Origin: Candidatus Parcubacteria bacterium
GTDB taxonomy: Bacteria; Patescibacteriota; Minisyncoccia; Phycocordibacterales; UBA918
NCBI GenBank assembly: GCA_046050355.1
Contig: JBJOPW010000001.1
Location: 67,858-131,857, forward strand
DNA: 64,000 bases
Reading direction: 5' to 3'
The notes under the pieces were generated by a model, which was given only the letters and a program-made list of their open reading frames with translations, searched no databases and had not been told where the DNA came from. Below, in pieces: positions 9,276 to 19,477 of this stretch. Positions within the stretch are counted from its first letter, which is position 1. The number at the start of each line of letters is the position of its first letter. The position numbers were made by a program, and so were the translations under genes.

Positions 9276-10167
9276 GGTGGTGCCGGTTCTTATAAATGTA
9301 CAGAAGTGTCAGGAGTATACTCCCTCCCATAACCATAGCGAAGATAATCAGAATGGTTTGTAGTGGTACTACAGTAAAAAAAGTTGTGTCATAAAGGTTT
9401 GCTCGCTGTAATGTGCCGTATTCAACATCCAAAAAGGCTTTATGGCGTCCGTACATACCACTACGAGGTACTTCACCTCTAAACGGCGCCCGTTCGCCAG
9501 CAGCCAGTACTTTACCTTCATTATTTACTGCAATACTAGCTACCTCTCTTCCCCGCACGTCGTACACAATAATCTCGCCCTGTGGTTTGATCGGCAGGTC
9601 GCCGATGTTTTCTAGTTCGTAACTGACCGGAATAGTCTCGCCACTCGTTACATAGCGATCAATTATAAAATTATTAAGCCGCATATATTCGCTGCGCACA
9701 TCAGCCATCGAAATCCGCATGGTTACCCCAGGAGCCCGACCGCTCATAACCGCCGCTTCTGCTTCGTCTCGTTTATCACCATTACCAAAGCCGACAAAAG
9801 CGTAGTAATCACCTTGGACGGCATTTGGGTTTATTGTTAAGGTCACCGGGATTTTGACTGATTCGCCGGGTTGCAATTCCACTCGAGCTCGTGATACGGC
9901 AATCCAACTAGTCACATTGGTCGTTTGGTCCGTCATCACGGGTGATTCAAATGTCTTGATTGAACCATCTTCACCAAGGGTAATCGGATGAACGGACGGG
10001 AAAATTTTTACTGGCACGGTACCGGTATTGGTAATCTTAATCGTGTCTTCCAGAATATCCCGTGGCTTAACTTTGTGTTCGATAACTGGTGGCGTGACTG
10101 TATATGACTGAGCTGAAGCAATCAGAGGTGTTGTCAGTAAGCAAAATGTAAGAAAAATGTAACGCAT
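9181..10167 (-). CDS. Surface protein with a C-terminal TM anchor; paralog of the N-terminal domain of 7566..9275
   Basis: Signal peptide MRYIFLTFCLLTTPLIASA. Shared motifs with the neighbour (ITLGEDGSIKTF vs APLGEDGRGDLI; PQGEIIVYDVRGRE vs PQGDIKIFNMWGKE). C-terminal TM TILIIFAMVMGGSILLTLLYIY. Confidence 0.5.
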   Translation of the reverse strand: MRYIFLTFCLLTTPLIASAQSYTVTPPVIEHKVKPRDILEDTIKITNTGTVPVKIFPSVHPITLGEDGSIKTFESPVMTDQTTNVTSWIAVSRARVELQPGESVKIPVTLTINPNAVQGDYYAFVGFGNGDKRDEAEAAVMSGRAPGVTMRISMADVRSEYMRLNNFIIDRYVTSGETIPVSYELENIGDLPIKPQGEIIVYDVRGREVASIAVNNEGKVLAAGERAPFRGEVPRSGMYGRHKAFLDVEYGTLQRANLYDTTFFTVVPLQTILIIFAMVMGGSILLTLLYIYKNRHHHEPGDNESLPVYVRDGVHTDLKDHDINLKKN

Positions 10168-10173
10168 AAGATT

Positions 10174-13100
10174 TTAGTAAACAGGAACGGCTATATAGAC
10201 AATTTCGGTGGTATAACTAGCGGCTGGTTGCATCCCAGTCACCTTTACTCTATATACAATATCATGGCTGTCATTGGCTGGTAATGGACTATACATAACT
10301 TCAGCCACATCAGTATGGAGACCAGCATAACTATCAAGCGGAGCAAATCGCGTAGAACCACCCGTGAGCGTTGCATCTGTTGTATGGTAGCCGACACAAC
10401 CAGATGCGGTAGTGATACAACCAACCGCCCAAGCAGCCGGCACAGCATTAGTTCCGGTGACGGACGGGATTGGTGTCCCATAGCCATTTTGTAACTGCTG
10501 GCGCGCAAAAGACAGCACTCGGTAGCCATCAGTAGCATTAGTGGTGACCGCCAACCGGTGAGCTGCCACCGCATCAGTGTCAATTGGTATTGAACCGAAG
10601 GTTACCGTTGCCGGGGTAGTGGCTACCGTCGTAACTACACCAGCAGTCGTCGTACCACTTGGAAGTCCACTAATACTCAGTGTCAATTTTGGTGTCTCTG
10701 CAACAAGACTTGGGTATGATTCCCCGCTTGCTGGCGCAACCGGTGCGTCTTCAAAGACTTCGTAGAGTCTGAAGTAGTACACTGCCCCCGCCCGAGCAGC
10801 TGCATGACGGAGGTAAAAGGCAAATTCAGTCGACGCACCGGCTAGATGGGTGTACCCAGTCGTATAGGTTGGCGACTCGTTGTGTGTACCACAACCACTG
10901 CCTGTACCACCCGTACAGCTGTTAGCATCAGTCAGCACTTTAGTGGTAATAGTGGCATTATCAGTACCACCACCGTCGACATAACACCACGTTGAGGTGG
11001 CCGTACAAGCTGCTTGCGTCACGACATCTTTTGGCGACGTAAATGTTGGCGACTCGTCGTATTGGAGTTTAAATTTTATGTCTTGGCCCACCACATTTTT
11101 TCGTTGACCAACCGTAACGCGTAAAGTAAATTCATTTCCATTTTGTACCTCAATTGGTGAAATAATTTCACCAGAAAGTGGACTAAGGGGGGTTTCGCTT
11201 TCAGCATCATCATAAAAGCGCCAACGTTTTGTTTGTGGTGAATAGCCGGCTGTGCGGATTTGCGGGTAGTTAAAATAACCGTCTAATGGTGTACCGTCAC
11301 TCCGTACCATACGGAAACAGTAGGTATTACGTGAGATTGCACCATTGTGTTGAATAAACCAATCGTATTCTACGTCTTCACCCGGATCAACAATATAAGG
11401 GTTAGCTGGTGCCGGATTTTCTTCAACTAAACTACCAGCTCGATCAGCTACCGAAATTAACAAATCGCCTCCGGTTGGCGGGTTGGTACTTAAATTTGTA
11501 CCGTTTGTTGTCCCTGTGGCAGCGTACCCTCGCCAGATACCACTACCAGCCGCAGTGTCAAGATCACTCCAGGTACCAACGGTCGAACAGGAAGTAGCAC
11601 GCAATCCATACTGCAACTTAAAATCATACAGACCAGCCGGTAGGTTTGCGTTGGCTACCCGTAACGTCATGCGTAGTCGCACCAGGTCACCATCTCCGAG
11701 TGGTTCGTCGGCAATTGTAATGGGGTTGTTTTCACCCAAATCTGAGACACCAACCGGCCATGGGTCGGTGGGCTTCAGGGCATTATTATTAACATAGAAC
11801 CGATAGTAATTTTGACGAACAGCGAGTCCAGAAACTGGCCATTCCACAATTTCGGTACGATACGTCATTTCCCCTGAGGCTTCACTGCGCCACAGTTCAT
11901 AGGTGGACGTGCTCGTAATACGAGCACCGGCCATTGGTAAGGGAAAGGTCGTATTAGCCCCCACGACGCGGGTATTAGCAAATATTGATGCATTGTTTGT
12001 CGCTTCAATTGGTGAGAAGATTGAGATTGATAACGCTACTGGCTCAGTACCGGCGTTGGTCGTTCCATTTGTTCGTTGTACCTCCATAGCACCGGCACTG
12101 GTCTGCAGGTTTTCAATAATCCAAGCCACTGAAGTATGTCCGCTCGGTGCAGTAGCAGCGCCCTCAAGTCGGTATGATACGGCGCCAATACTCGACAGCC
12201 AAACTTCGTGGCCAAAGTTGTTGACGTTGCCTTGAGCGGTCATGCGTTTTTGTGTGTGTATAAACGAACGCGCTAAACTATTGAGCGTTGTTGGTATTGA
12301 TTCTGTTTCTACGGTTCCAACTGCAGTATACGTATGTTCACTTCGTTGCACCTGCCAATTAATGCCGGTAAATTCAACCACGGCATAGCTCACATTGATA
12401 ATAGCCCCACCGGCTCCACGATTAAAAACGGGTGCCGTACTGGTGGGACTCCAACTTGATGTTACTTGCCCGGCATAATACACGTTACGCGCAACATCAC
12501 GGTTCTCAATACCAGTTATAAAGACCACCACATCAGTATTATCGGTAATGGTACCAAGGGCAGTGCCGGTGGCTATCAAGGCGGCACTCGCCATATTGAC
12601 ACTCCCCACCCCTCTTACCTTCATTTCATTGTCGGTGCCAGCATCCCCAATAAACTCAACGATTTCCCAGTTCACCCGTGTATTTCCGGTGGCAGCTGGT
12701 GGCCGAGAAATGGTAAAATTGCTCGGTAAGTTAGCCGCCGAAATGTACGCGGTGATATCATCGGCATTTTGCGCTCCTCCACCAGCTGTCGTGCGTCCCG
12801 GCCCAGTGTTGTGGGTGTCAGTGAGACGGACAAAGGCAGTCGTTGTGCTCGCTGGAGCAGTATAGTCAACACCAGCGGTTAGCGTTTGTGACGTACCGGC
12901 GATGGTAGCAGTGCCACGCTGCACTTTAAAATCACGCTTGGGAGCAGTGGTTAGTTCTGCATAGTTACTATAGGTTAAGGGTTCTCCATTATTGGTGAGT
13001 CTAAAGCAATACGTAGTATTATAAGCAGTAATATTGGTAGAGGTAATACTAAATTCATACTCAGCAAATTCAGTTGTACTCATGACCAGAGCAGAGGTAG

Positions 13101-16100
13101 TACTCGTGGTATCACGTTGGCCGGCATTTGCGACAATAAAGGTTGGATTTGGGTCGGTAACACCCCCGTTTGCAACCGCAATATTGGTAGTGTTGTTACC
13201 GTTGGTGAGATTAGTGCTATCAAACATATTCCAGTCATCAGCACTATCGCCAACCGGTGTCCACACACTCACCGCACTACAGGTAGTCACGCGCGGTCCA
13301 AATTCAAGGCGATAGGCGGTTGCAACAGAAGCAGCCGCACCTTCGTTTGAAAGTGCCAGGCGTAGTCGGATTGGTGTATTGGCAGGGTGTTCTGTCAGGA
13401 GGACATTTTCTGACCCACCTGTAGCTGAAGTTGCTGTAGTTTCAGACCCATTGTCGTTACGCCAATGGTAACCATTTTGGGTAATCACTGGTCCTGAAAG
13501 CGTGGTGGTACCGTTAATTGCTATCGGTGTAGATGGTGATACCGATCCAGCCGAGACACCGATATCATTAGCGGGTGAAGAAATTTCTATTTGCACGGTG
13601 TCACCATTGCTAGCCGCAGCGGTAACATCAAACACCACATAAAGACAAACGGTCTGTGTGGTTGTTACGGTCACCGAGCCACTAAACGTTGATGTACCAT
13701 TTTGACTAGTAAAGCCATCAGTATCGGTGCTACCAAATTGCGTTTCTGATCCACCATACGATTCACTGGCACAATCGTACGGAGCGGTGGTGTCTAAATC
13801 ATATCTAAGCACTATGGTATCTAAGTGATTCTGTGCATCAACAGTGCCATTCTCAGCTATCATAATATTGGTAATATTTCGACTACTGGTGTTTTCACGA
13901 AAGACAAACTGGCCGCCGACATGTTGATTTGTAGATGGCACCAAGAGCGATGCTGTCTGACTACCTAAAGCGGTCACACTGACATCAGCGGCAATGGTGA
14001 CACTTGGGAATTGTGAATATACGGGTAAGGGGGTGCCAGCATTAGTAACACGAAAACAGTACGTTGTTCCCTCACTCGCTGAGGTTGATGCAACAATGGC
14101 ATATTCTAATTCAACAAAATTAGTGTTCGTTAGCGTTAAAGAGCCAGTTTGTGAAGAGACTTCGCGCAAGCCACCATTGGGGGTTAAAAATGTCGTGTTT
14201 TCGTCGGCCACACCACCAGTACCCACTGCAATATTAGTAGTATCTCCCCCTTCGGTAATATTTGCAGATAACGACATATTCCAGGCATCATCGGCTGCCC
14301 CGACATCAGTCCAACTCGTGGTGTCATTACAGGTCGGGGCTGCTACCCCATACTCCAAACGAAATGTTGATGCGGCGCTAGATAGTGAGCCTTCGTTTGA
14401 TACCTGCACGCGCAGGCGACGAGGGTTATTCGGCAACAGTGCAGCGATTGGTGTATCAGCTACTCCGCCGGTCGCAGATGAGGCGGTAGTTTCTGTACCG
14501 TTATCGTTACGCCAGTGGTAGTGCGTTTGGGTAAGTTCATCATTTTGAATCAGTGATGATGAAGCCATACGCACTGGAGATTCAGGCATTACCAGCACAC
14601 CACCAGTGACAATCACGTCATCATTAGGAGCTTCAACTGAAACTGACAACGTATCACCATCAAGGGCAGCTTCTAGTACATCGAGCACGACGTAGAAGCA
14701 CATGGCCTGTGTCGTGGTGATAGACTGTAAGCCAGAAAAACTCGAAACCCCATTAGCGCCAGAAAATCCATTAGTGTCTGTAAGTCCATACTGAGATTCA
14801 GTGCCACTATATGATTCACTGACACAGTCATAGGGGGCCGAAGTATCAAGGTCATAAAACAATTTCACATTGCTCACCGCAGTACTACCATTAATACTGC
14901 CACGCTCGTTAACGACTACAGCGGTCACATTCCGACTACTTTGGGTTTCTCGAATTGCAAACTTGCCGCCGACATAGACATTATTGGTACCGGCGGTGAT
15001 AACACTGGTCGCTGTACCGGTTGCATACAATTTTGTAATCGGTGCGATATCAGCAAGCGTATCACCAAAATAATCATCTGGTGCTGGGTCAGTCCAACTC
15101 ACATAGATGCGCTCATCACTCATGAGATTGATATCAAGACCACGATGGTCGCCAGCAGTCACACCCGAGACGGTTCGCTCAGGACTCCAGGTTGACATAG
15201 CAGAAGTTGAAGTCGCCCAGTAGATACCTCCGGTCGTGGCTGTCGCCGGTGTCGACCGTAGTACATAGGCAACATAAACAGTACTGGTATTGATATCTAA
15301 TCCAATCGCAACCGTATTAAGACCACGTGTTGTATTCGTAAATACTGCAGTTGTTCCAGTCCATGAACCGGATGAGAACTTAGCCGTACGAACATCATGA
15401 TCAAGTGTAGTATACGTGTCATGATCAGCACCATAGGCAAGATACACATCACCGGAGTTTGGGTCAACAACAGCCGCCATACTGGTATCGTACGTAGCAC
15501 TCTCAACGGCTGCCCCATCAATAGTAGTCCAACTGGCTGACCAAGCTGATCCATTCCATACACGTGACTGAATCACGTTTAAACTAATGTCACGGTTTAT
15601 AAGGAGTACATTGCCATTAATAAGTGGCAACAATATATTCCAATCATTATCAAGATCCATAAAACGCGCACCACCCGGCTCACTCCAGCCAGTAGTGGCG
15701 GTGCACCCCGTGTCAGTATCGCAACTCACCACAAAAGAATCAGCGGCATCTGAGATACCGATAAAAACTTCGTTACCAGCATTTTTTGTGACCGTGAGGT
15801 TGTTAGTACCCGATACGTAGGTGCCGGCCTGACTTGAGTTGGTACTCGCGTTCACTGGAGCAGTACCGAGGAGGAGAGTGTCGGTACTGGTATCAAGCGC
15901 ATTATAAAATACATGGTCGGGGTTTGAGGCCGTTTCCATTGTTGCTATATGAATCGTGCTCCCAAAGTCGCCGGGTGTCCACTGGTCATACCACACCGCA
16001 ATACTCGAACAGTCAGTTTGGGCATCTACAATCACTGGTGTATTCCAGACCGTACCACCGTTTGTAGTCTTACTATACACACAACTACCAGAGAGATCTC

Positions 16101-16335
16101 GGTAAAACTTGTACCCCACCTGATCAGAAGTGAACACCGTTTGGGAGCCACCGAAGAAAAATGAGTTGGCATCGGTACTCACCGTAGCATCAATGGTATT
16201 TTGGGCAGCTTCGGCCATAGTCGGCCAGGCCATATACTCCAAAAACGTGAAGTTGAGAAAAAACATCACAGCTAACATGATGCCAGCAATCAGTCGACGC
16301 CATCCATACCAAAAAAACGCTGGAAACCTCCGCAT
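10174..16335 (-). CDS. Giant (2053 aa) Thr/Ser-rich cell-surface protein, N-terminal TM anchor, repeated beta-sandwich modules
   Basis: Uninterrupted 6.2 kb ORF. N-terminal TM (LIAGIMLAVMFFLNF). At least 4 copies of a ~150-aa module opening with (H/Y)WRNDNG(S/T)ETTA(S/T)SATGG or YYRFYVNNN and closing with TYCFR(V/L/M)TN.G.PL. W.G..W propeller-like repeats near the N-terminus. Confidence 0.8.
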   Translation of the reverse strand: MRRFPAFFWYGWRRLIAGIMLAVMFFLNFTFLEYMAWPTMAEAAQNTIDATVSTDANSFFFGGSQTVFTSDQVGYKFYRDLSGSCVYSKTTNGGTVWNTPVIVDAQTDCSSIAVWYDQWTPGDFGSTIHIATMETASNPDHVFYNALDTSTDTLLLGTAPVNASTNSSQAGTYVSGTNNLTVTKNAGNEVFIGISDAADSFVVSCDTDTGCTATTGWSEPGGARFMDLDNDWNILLPLINGNVLLINRDISLNVIQSRVWNGSAWSASWTTIDGAAVESATYDTSMAAVVDPNSGDVYLAYGADHDTYTTLDHDVRTAKFSSGSWTGTTAVFTNTTRGLNTVAIGLDINTSTVYVAYVLRSTPATATTGGIYWATSTSAMSTWSPERTVSGVTAGDHRGLDINLMSDERIYVSWTDPAPDDYFGDTLADIAPITKLYATGTATSVITAGTNNVYVGGKFAIRETQSSRNVTAVVVNERGSINGSTAVSNVKLFYDLDTSAPYDCVSESYSGTESQYGLTDTNGFSGANGVSSFSGLQSITTTQAMCFYVVLDVLEAALDGDTLSVSVEAPNDDVIVTGGVLVMPESPVRMASSSLIQNDELTQTHYHWRNDNGTETTASSATGGVADTPIAALLPNNPRRLRVQVSNEGSLSSAASTFRLEYGVAAPTCNDTTSWTDVGAADDAWNMSLSANITEGGDTTNIAVGTGGVADENTTFLTPNGGLREVSSQTGSLTLTNTNFVELEYAIVASTSASEGTTYCFRVTNAGTPLPVYSQFPSVTIAADVSVTALGSQTASLLVPSTNQHVGGQFVFRENTSSRNITNIMIAENGTVDAQNHLDTIVLRYDLDTTAPYDCASESYGGSETQFGSTDTDGFTSQNGTSTFSGSVTVTTTQTVCLYVVFDVTAAASNGDTVQIEISSPANDIGVSAGSVSPSTPIAINGTTTLSGPVITQNGYHWRNDNGSETTATSATGGSENVLLTEHPANTPIRLRLALSNEGAAASVATAYRLEFGPRVTTCSAVSVWTPVGDSADDWNMFDSTNLTNGNNTTNIAVANGGVTDPNPTFIVANAGQRDTTSTTSALVMSTTEFAEYEFSITSTNITAYNTTYCFRLTNNGEPLTYSNYAELTTAPKRDFKVQRGTATIAGTSQTLTAGVDYTAPASTTTAFVRLTDTHNTGPGRTTAGGGAQNADDITAYISAANLPSNFTISRPPAATGNTRVNWEIVEFIGDAGTDNEMKVRGVGSVNMASAALIATGTALGTITDNTDVVVFITGIENRDVARNVYYAGQVTSSWSPTSTAPVFNRGAGGAIINVSYAVVEFTGINWQVQRSEHTYTAVGTVETESIPTTLNSLARSFIHTQKRMTAQGNVNNFGHEVWLSSIGAVSYRLEGAATAPSGHTSVAWIIENLQTSAGAMEVQRTNGTTNAGTEPVALSISIFSPIEATNNASIFANTRVVGANTTFPLPMAGARITSTSTYELWRSEASGEMTYRTEIVEWPVSGLAVRQNYYRFYVNNNALKPTDPWPVGVSDLGENNPITIADEPLGDGDLVRLRMTLRVANANLPAGLYDFKLQYGLRATSCSTVGTWSDLDTAAGSGIWRGYAATGTTNGTNLSTNPPTGGDLLISVADRAGSLVEENPAPANPYIVDPGEDVEYDWFIQHNGAISRNTYCFRMVRSDGTPLDGYFNYPQIRTAGYSPQTKRWRFYDDAESETPLSPLSGEIISPIEVQNGNEFTLRVTVGQRKNVVGQDIKFKLQYDESPTFTSPKDVVTQAACTATSTWCYVDGGGTDNATITTKVLTDANSCTGGTGSGCGTHNESPTYTTGYTHLAGASTEFAFYLRHAAARAGAVYYFRLYEVFEDAPVAPASGESYPSLVAETPKLTLSISGLPSGTTTAGVVTTVATTPATVTFGSIPIDTDAVAAHRLAVTTNATDGYRVLSFARQQLQNGYGTPIPSVTGTNAVPAAWAVGCITTASGCVGYHTTDATLTGGSTRFAPLDSYAGLHTDVAEVMYSPLPANDSHDIVYRVKVTGMQPAASYTTEIVYIAVPVY

Positions 16336-16389
16336 AAGTTAATTTTGTCACGTTAAGTGAGAGTTTTCTATGTTTTTGCTGTAGAGAAC

Positions 16390-17916
16390 CTACTCGACCA
16401 CAGGTATGTCTATAGGGGAAGCATCAGGTGTAAATGGAGTTACTACGAGGTCTGGAATGGCCGCCACAGGTTCTGATACAACTTCAGTTACCACGGTTGT
16501 TTCAGTGAGGTCAAGGGTGAGGCTCGTAGTGGTTGCAATCACCTCGGTACTAGTCGCGAGGTTGAGCTCTAAATCTGGTGGTGTACTCGAGGCATTACCG
16601 TCAGGATTTGCTGCTGCTTCAAGGCCATCTTCTTCGGTTGGTGACTTAGTTGATAGCAACGCTCGAGTCTCGCCAGTAGTATCTGGACTCGGAATCTCAT
16701 CTGGCAGTGGCGCCGGTTCAGCTTCAAAAGAGGTAATTTCACCGGTGACAAGATCGTATCCGCGAGTTTCGATGTCACCATTCTCCATCGCCGCATCGTA
16801 GACAAGGACCATACGTGGATTTGAAATAGTGCCACCGTTATCATCACGAATGGTCATGAAGGCTTTTGAGTTCAGGTCATATACCTCGATAGTTTTTTCG
16901 TTGTACTGGACTCGGTGCCATACCACCAAATTATTCCGTATTACCGGTGCGAGATTATGCTCACTTGTGTTCGTCAGCTGCGTAGCTGTCTCGCCGTCAT
17001 ATAGCATAATCTGCCAAGCATCATTATCCCAGTATTGCCAAACAATGATATTGTCGGCACGGAACGGCTCCATGTTGTTGGTGCTCGTATCGGTGAGCTG
17101 ACGCTCTTCACCTGAAGCCATATCATAGACAACAATTTGATAGCGCTCATCAACTAGACGGTGCCAAACGAGACTGTCGGAAGCTGGGTCATAGTATGGG
17201 GAGGCATCGTCAACCGTGTTGTAGGTAATCTGTTGGAGGCCGTCATTATTCTTGAGATAAATTTCAAGGTCACCATCACTATCGGGGAGCGAGAACAGGC
17301 CTTGTTCGTCAGCAGCTGGAACTGTCGTTGTCGCGAGTTGGCAGTAGAAAGAACCGTCCTCAACCGCGAGACAGTTGTCTTTACTGAACTGAATCATTTG
17401 GTCACTCTCCACGGTCAACGTTGGCGTGGTTGGATCAGTGCTGGTAGCGGTTGTCGTGCCAGTTTGTTCGGTCGATGTCGCAACAGGCAGGTTAGTTGTA
17501 TCGGTAGGTGGTTCTACTTCCCCGCTTGCAGGAACATCAAGAACACCGGCATCAGGCGGTACTGGTGTAGGATCTTCCTCTGTTGCTATTGGTGTATCAG
17601 GTGGTGGAGATACATCAGGCGATGGCTCGTCGGCCGGTGCTGTTGCTTCACCAGACACTACTTCTGCTGGCGATTCGGCTCGGGTAGAAAACTCTTGCTG
17701 GATAGTCGCCACCGCTTCATCGGTTATCGTAACAGGTAGATTTGGCGCCGGTTCAGGCGGCGACTCGTTTGCATACGCTCGCTCGACAGTTTGGAGTAAG
17801 AATGAACAAACCAGCACCACCACAAAGAGCCGTACTAGTGCACGTTCAAAGACAAATCGATACAACAGGGGTGTACCTGGTGGCGACGATGATCTATTGG
17901 CTGGTAATTGTTTCAT
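16390..17916 (-). CDS. Secreted or anchored protein with a Pro/Thr-rich linker and PD40/TolB-like beta-propeller repeats
   Basis: N-terminal hydrophobic segment. PEPAPNLPVT... and a TTTATSTDPTTPT linker. Repeated ~45-aa units (IVWQYWDNDAWQIMLYDGETATQLTN; LVVWHRVQYNEKTIEVYDLNS; QIVVYDMASGEERQLTDTS). Confidence 0.6.
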   Translation of the reverse strand: MKQLPANRSSSPPGTPLLYRFVFERALVRLFVVVLVCSFLLQTVERAYANESPPEPAPNLPVTITDEAVATIQQEFSTRAESPAEVVSGEATAPADEPSPDVSPPPDTPIATEEDPTPVPPDAGVLDVPASGEVEPPTDTTNLPVATSTEQTGTTTATSTDPTTPTLTVESDQMIQFSKDNCLAVEDGSFYCQLATTTVPAADEQGLFSLPDSDGDLEIYLKNNDGLQQITYNTVDDASPYYDPASDSLVWHRLVDERYQIVVYDMASGEERQLTDTSTNNMEPFRADNIIVWQYWDNDAWQIMLYDGETATQLTNTSEHNLAPVIRNNLVVWHRVQYNEKTIEVYDLNSKAFMTIRDDNGGTISNPRMVLVYDAAMENGDIETRGYDLVTGEITSFEAEPAPLPDEIPSPDTTGETRALLSTKSPTEEDGLEAAANPDGNASSTPPDLELNLATSTEVIATTTSLTLDLTETTVVTEVVSEPVAAIPDLVVTPFTPDASPIDIPVVE

Positions 17917-18037
17917 TCAAAAGGGACTTTCAAAGCTGAAAGCTCTACGTTGTCCCATCCAACATATAATACCAGTCCTTTGTCAATGATGTTTTTTGCT
18001 TATCAACAGCTAAAAAATAATCTAAATACTGCGCCGA

Positions 18038-18793
18038 TCAAGACTTCGATCGAAAATAATTAGCGAGAAGGATTGAAAAGTCTTTGAAGGTCATAGCCCC
18101 ATCATTATTAAAATCGTAGCGGTTGTTCTGCTTTACCCATTCCGCCATAAATATACTGATATCGTCAAGTGAGACTTTTCCATCAGCATTCACATCGCTG
18201 ACAAGGAGAACCACTGCTCCGGCTTCAAGTGTCCCATCCGTACTTTCGGCAATTTTAAGTCTTAACTGACTCTCTTCCCCGATTTTTGCGTTAATTTCGG
18301 TCCCCTTGCCATCACCTGCCAGTAGGTTGGCTTCGGTGGTTGAAAACACAATTTCCCCAGTAGCACGAGCTTTGGCTCTTATGGTGGCGATAAGGTGTTT
18401 ACCTACAAACCCTTTGCGGTATGTCCCACCTTCGAGTAAAACCGCTCCATTTTCAACTCGCGGCTCACTTGTCCAAAGCGTAATTACTGACTCACCGCGG
18501 TCAATACCAAGTACTTCAATTTTGTCTTCAGGATACGCAATGCTCAGTGAGACAGCATTGACCGGTGTGTTTGCAACTGCATAGACAGCGATAAAGAATG
18601 TCTCATCTGGAGCACTTTGTGATTGTTTGGTTTCAAGTATAATTGATGATTTTGAAGAACCAACTACTGAAGCGAAACTTGCTACGACCATGAGAGCGAA
18701 CAACCACGAAAACAGGTAGCGTACCGTTGTGGTTGATGTGCGGCTTCGCCGAGCGTGTATATAGGCTACAACTAGCTGCCATAGTTTGATCAT
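18038..18793 (-). CDS. Membrane-anchored protein with a cohesin-like module and a C-terminal dockerin (two Ca-binding repeats)
   Basis: N-terminal TM. Middle domain (ITLWTSEPRVENGAVLLEGG) is homologous to the LWTTEPTYSNSAGTI.F.GG module of 19478, 21195 and 56211. C-terminus DVNADGKVSLDDISIFMAEW and DFNNDGAMTFKDFSILLANY fits the dockerin DxNxDGxVxxxD tandem pattern. Confidence 0.65.
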   Translation of the reverse strand: MIKLWQLVVAYIHARRSRTSTTTVRYLFSWLFALMVVASFASVVGSSKSSIILETKQSQSAPDETFFIAVYAVANTPVNAVSLSIAYPEDKIEVLGIDRGESVITLWTSEPRVENGAVLLEGGTYRKGFVGKHLIATIRAKARATGEIVFSTTEANLLAGDGKGTEINAKIGEESQLRLKIAESTDGTLEAGAVVLLVSDVNADGKVSLDDISIFMAEWVKQNNRYDFNNDGAMTFKDFSILLANYFRSKS

Positions 18794-19467
18794 AGTGATT
18801 GCAGTTCGCGTCTGGTTGTTTCAATTTGCTGCATGCGCACCGTCATATTGTTCTTGAGATCAGTGACGGACTTGAGCGTATTCATAATCTCTTCAGAGTC
18901 ACGACTCTTCCCTGCCAAAAGGGCTAAAATAATATCACCCTGCAACTCAACGAGTTGCGTGAAGTCCGCTGCCATAGTAAGTTCATCTTCAGCGATTCGT
19001 TGCCAAAGCGCTACACGATTTGTCTTCTCGTCTTCAGTTTCAAGAATGCGTGAGCGGAGCGTAATGTATTCATCATACACAGTCACTTCTCGTGCTAGTC
19101 GAGCTGCCATCACTGACTTTTTGTCGGCAAAATACCGACCACAGGCAAAAAACAGTCGGTCAAGCTCACTCAGTTCTGGCTTCGAAATTGAGGCAGATAA
19201 TTTGTCGAGTAGCACCTCAAAACGTTGACGTTCTGTTGGCTGACAGTCGACCACAATACGTTCGGTAATTTCATCAGCTTCATTGCGTTTGGTGAGGTCA
19301 GCTATCGTAGCCAAAACCAGTTCTTGTTCAGCTATATTTGCTTTAAGCGCTAGACTAGTTGAATCAAGTTTTTCACGAACAACTCTATTTGTGTAGATAG
19401 AAATTACCCACAAAAGGAGCCCGATACCAATAGCGAGTAGAGCTAGCTGGCGAGATGTTACATGCAT
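18790..19467 (-). CDS. Hypothetical membrane protein with a coiled-coil region
   Basis: N-terminal TM (LALLAIGIGLLLWVISIY), then helical or charged sequence. 4-nt ATGA overlap with the downstream gene. Confidence 0.45.
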   Translation of the reverse strand: MHVTSRQLALLAIGIGLLLWVISIYTNRVVREKLDSTSLALKANIAEQELVLATIADLTKRNEADEITERIVVDCQPTERQRFEVLLDKLSASISKPELSELDRLFFACGRYFADKKSVMAARLAREVTVYDEYITLRSRILETEDEKTNRVALWQRIAEDELTMAADFTQLVELQGDIILALLAGKSRDSEEIMNTLKSVTDLKNNMTVRMQQIETTRRELQSL

Positions 19468-19477
19468 ACAGTAAGAA

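Noticed and set aside
10174-16335. WxL-type or TasA-like C-terminal anchoring domains in the large surface proteins (WGL, WGI and WAV tripeptides near the C-termini)
   Set aside because: The match is only to a tripeptide and the surrounding sequence cannot be aligned from memory to those families. I am not calling it without a profile search.
17917-18037. Intrinsic terminator between 18038..18793 and 16390..17916
   Set aside because: Small palindromes (AGCTGAAAGCT; CGATC...GATCG) are present, but none has a GC-rich stem followed by a U-tract in the minus-strand sense, so support is too weak.
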